A stretch of DNA of 64,000 bases. It comes from Selaginella moellendorffii (taxonomy: Eukaryota > Plantae > Lycopodiophyta). The DNA is taken from the NCBI RefSeq assembly GCF_000143415.4, contig NW_003314262.1:18183-82182 (forward strand), in the 5' to 3' direction. The number at the start of each line of letters is the position of its first letter. Position 1 is the first letter of the stretch. Under the pieces are notes generated by a model. The model was not told the DNA's origin. It saw only the letters and a program-made list of their open reading frames with translations, and searched no databases. Shown here one piece after another: positions 61,016 to 64,000 of this stretch. The translations under genes and the position numbers were made by a program.

Positions 61016-63561
61016 AGCTATTTGTTTCTAGCAATAGTAGTTTCTAGGAATATTGGAATAGCCTCGACGAGGCACTAGGCTTGCGTAGATTAAGAGCTTT
61101 GGTACAATTTTCTTCATTTAAATTTTAGCCAATTAAAAATATTTGGAAGTTGTCTACAAAATAAAGATTAATGGTGTTTGTGGTTATTTATTTATTTTGT
61201 TTCTCAACAATTTTCTTGAGGCTGATGAACTTCACTCCAGAGAACAGGATTTGAATCTTGTAGGAGAAAATACTACAAATAACATTATTTCAGACTTACT
61301 CTTGATGGTCAATTGAATTCCACATAATTCTGGAATACCATCTGGACAAGGTATAAGAACCTTTCTATTAATTTACAAATTTGGATGCTTAGCCCTGGTA
61401 CAAGAGGTAGAAGTCGTTTTATATGCTCACCGAAGTTAGGACAAGTTCAAAGCACTGAAAGAATTAGAGTAGAATTAGCTAATGGATTATCACCCTAGCT
61501 TGGTAATATATTAATTTCCTTAATGTATGGTATCTATTATTTTATTCGAAATATCTAATGAAATATCTAGAGAATATAGATCAAGAATAAATACATATGG
61601 TTTTAATGATTATAACATTTATACTTTTACTTTAATTTGTTCAACAGTTTTTGATATTCTCATACCCATGAGCTTCATAACTTCTCCAAATAAAAAATCA
61701 TATCTTTATTTACATTATAATTGTAAGTTAGTGCTTTATGTGGGCAATATAAATAAATGGTCAATCAAAAGAAATGACAAAAATTGCTTATCTTAAACTT
61801 CAATATGATGGAAATTTAGTATTATACAATGAATATAAGGTAGCAGTTTTGTCACCTAATAAATATTATTTGCCTCAATTAAATTATTTAATGAATATGC
61901 ATCTTTCTTTATAAAATGATTGTAATTTGGTGTTATATATTGTTACAAGAAATATATTCTCAAAAACACCTAAGAGTGAAAGCCTTTAAGAATATGAGAC
62001 ATTTTGTTAATAGTTCTTGATGAATGTTTATTTGGCTTGCACATATGAAATAGATAAGAATAAAATTTTAAAAAAATATTTCATATAATTAATATTTTAT
62101 TGTGTGTTGCATGTAGCAACATTTGGTTTTTTAAATAGCATTAGCATTATTGAATATCCAATTGATCAATTACAAGTATATTTATAATTTATAAATCAAG
62201 ATTAATCTTATTAAATAAAGTTTATTCTCTTTATTACATATAACATTTTTCAAAGATATAACTTATCTTCACATATCAAGGGCTACATTTGAATTTTAAT
62301 ATACACATGTTACAATATACCAAAATCTATAAAAAAAAAAAGTATAGAAAAGAAGAATGACTTATAATTATTGTGTCAAAAAGATTTTTGCAACTTTTTG
62401 CAATTAAAAAAATATGATGGAAATCCCTTTAAATAATTGTGGTAAACAAGAAGATGTAAAGTGGAATTTAAAATTTTAATTAAGGTAAAATATAATTTTT
62501 AAGACTAAAAACTTAATTAAATGTTATTTAGGCAATTGTACACTATAGTGGTATAAAAACGTGGTAAAAATTGATTAAAATATTTACTATTTAATTAAAA
62601 AAATTAACTAATTTTCAGGAAAACAAATTTTGCAACTAGTTTTATTCTGAAAATAAATATAATCATATAACTAGTCCAAATAATCAAATATAAAATATTT
62701 AATAAATAAATAATAATAAATAAATAAATATTTTTAATAGATAGTCATTTTGGTTACTTTTTAATCTTGTAATTTGCATTCGCTCAATTATAAAGAACTT
62801 TATGTACTTGAATTAGCATTGTTTTGAGATCCAATTTAAGCTAAAATATCAAATTCATTATATGTTGGTTAAATGATTATATATGATATGTTTCATCTAG
62901 AAGACTACCACAATAATACCCCTATCCTCCAAACCAACAAGTTCTACTTGATACATTAAATATGTTTAATAGGGTAACAATTGGGCCGAAAGGGGGAAGG
63001 GGCAATAAGGGGTGGGGGATGAAAGGGGTTTATAGGAATGGCTTCCCCTTGGGTAGTGTTTAGTATGTAAATGGAGAAAATGTTGATGTGCATGTGTAAA
63101 TCCATCATCTGTACATCTATTGTAGCCTTTGAAGGTTCAATGAGAACATTAAATTAATTACTATAGTATTTGCATTTGGTCTTTTAAAGCAATAGGGGTT
63201 ATTGTTATTAGAGTTGGCAATGTGGGGGGATGTTTTATTGAACATGCCTGGAGTGGCCAAATTTATATAAGCAATAGAAGGGTGGGCTATATTTCTCTCT
63301 AGATCACTTTGTCTTAATATAGTTGGTAGAAGCATCAAAACCTAGGACCCTACCCCTACCCTCAATAGGAACCATTCTTGCCCCACTTTGTGGTGGGTTG
63401 CACTTATGATCTAAAATGCTCTTGATTGATAGATAATGGTCATCTAACAATAATGTGTTAGTTAGTGATCACTCCATACCCAACCTATGGGGTACTAGGC
63501 TTTGGATCATTTATTACGTGGCTACAATTAGGGCAAGATATATAATGGGTGTGGATAACAT

Positions 63562-63753
63562 TGTAAGCTCATGAATTGAAACTTCCTGAGAAGTCACCTA
63601 GCCCAATATTATTTAAACCCAAAGGACGTAACCCCAAATATCCTAAAACCCTTAATCGATTAGAAAAAAGTGCATTTTTATTCATGGGCTTTTTCCCTTT
63701 ATATTTAAACTTATACAAATCATTTCTTAAGTAATTCCCTTTAGTTGCTTATA
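63562..63753. mobile_element. Family D solo LTR (192 bp)
   Basis: TGTAAGC...GCTTATA inverted ends. Near-perfect TSD AACAT/AACAC. Confidence 0.75.
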
Positions 63754-64000
63754 AACACTTAGGCAAATAGTGAATGCTTTACTGTCCCACTTCTTCACCC
63801 AATTGTTTGACATTGTAAGGATTGTTGAGATTAACTTGGCTTGGTTGATGATATACTTCTCTCAAAGGGTAATCACCCCACTCTAATGCCAACCTTAATA
63901 CTGATCAACCCACCCACACCACTCTAATAAATCATGTTTAGCTCAACATTGTTAAATGGTTAGTGAGACCATCTACTCTACCAAGTGGCCTGCCTCATAA

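Overview
Eukaryotic plant genomic DNA. The ~50-60 nt introns, PLS-type PPR relics and gene content suggest a lycophyte such as Selaginella; this is an inference. Bases 1-40.6 kb are a nested Ty3/gypsy cluster. Chromovirus A (19070-33965, TSD ATCAT) sits inside a decayed gypsy C and is itself interrupted by chromovirus B (23951-31305, TSD GTGGT). The same region holds solo LTRs, a tRNA-Ala gene, an oleosin gene, PPR pseudogenes and orphan gene fragments. Bases 42-61 kb are a compact gene island: XTH, R3H/SUZ protein, DExH RNA helicase, plastid MsrA, ALOG/LSH factor, a small spliced UIEF-like gene invisible in the ORF track, and a GC-rich TPR gene. The main observation is that element A carries two short GT-AG intron-like inserts inside its integrase (47 and 52 nt). 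Removing them exactly restores the HPQTDGQ and RFxGPY motifs, and element B has no insert at either site. Both elements also have a consensus splice donor at the gag/protease junction that would give Gag-only mRNA, and A has a structured 3' UTR with tandem tRNA T-arm-like hairpins. Together these suggest a splicing-controlled LTR retrotransposon. All alignments and counts were done by eye; no searches were run.
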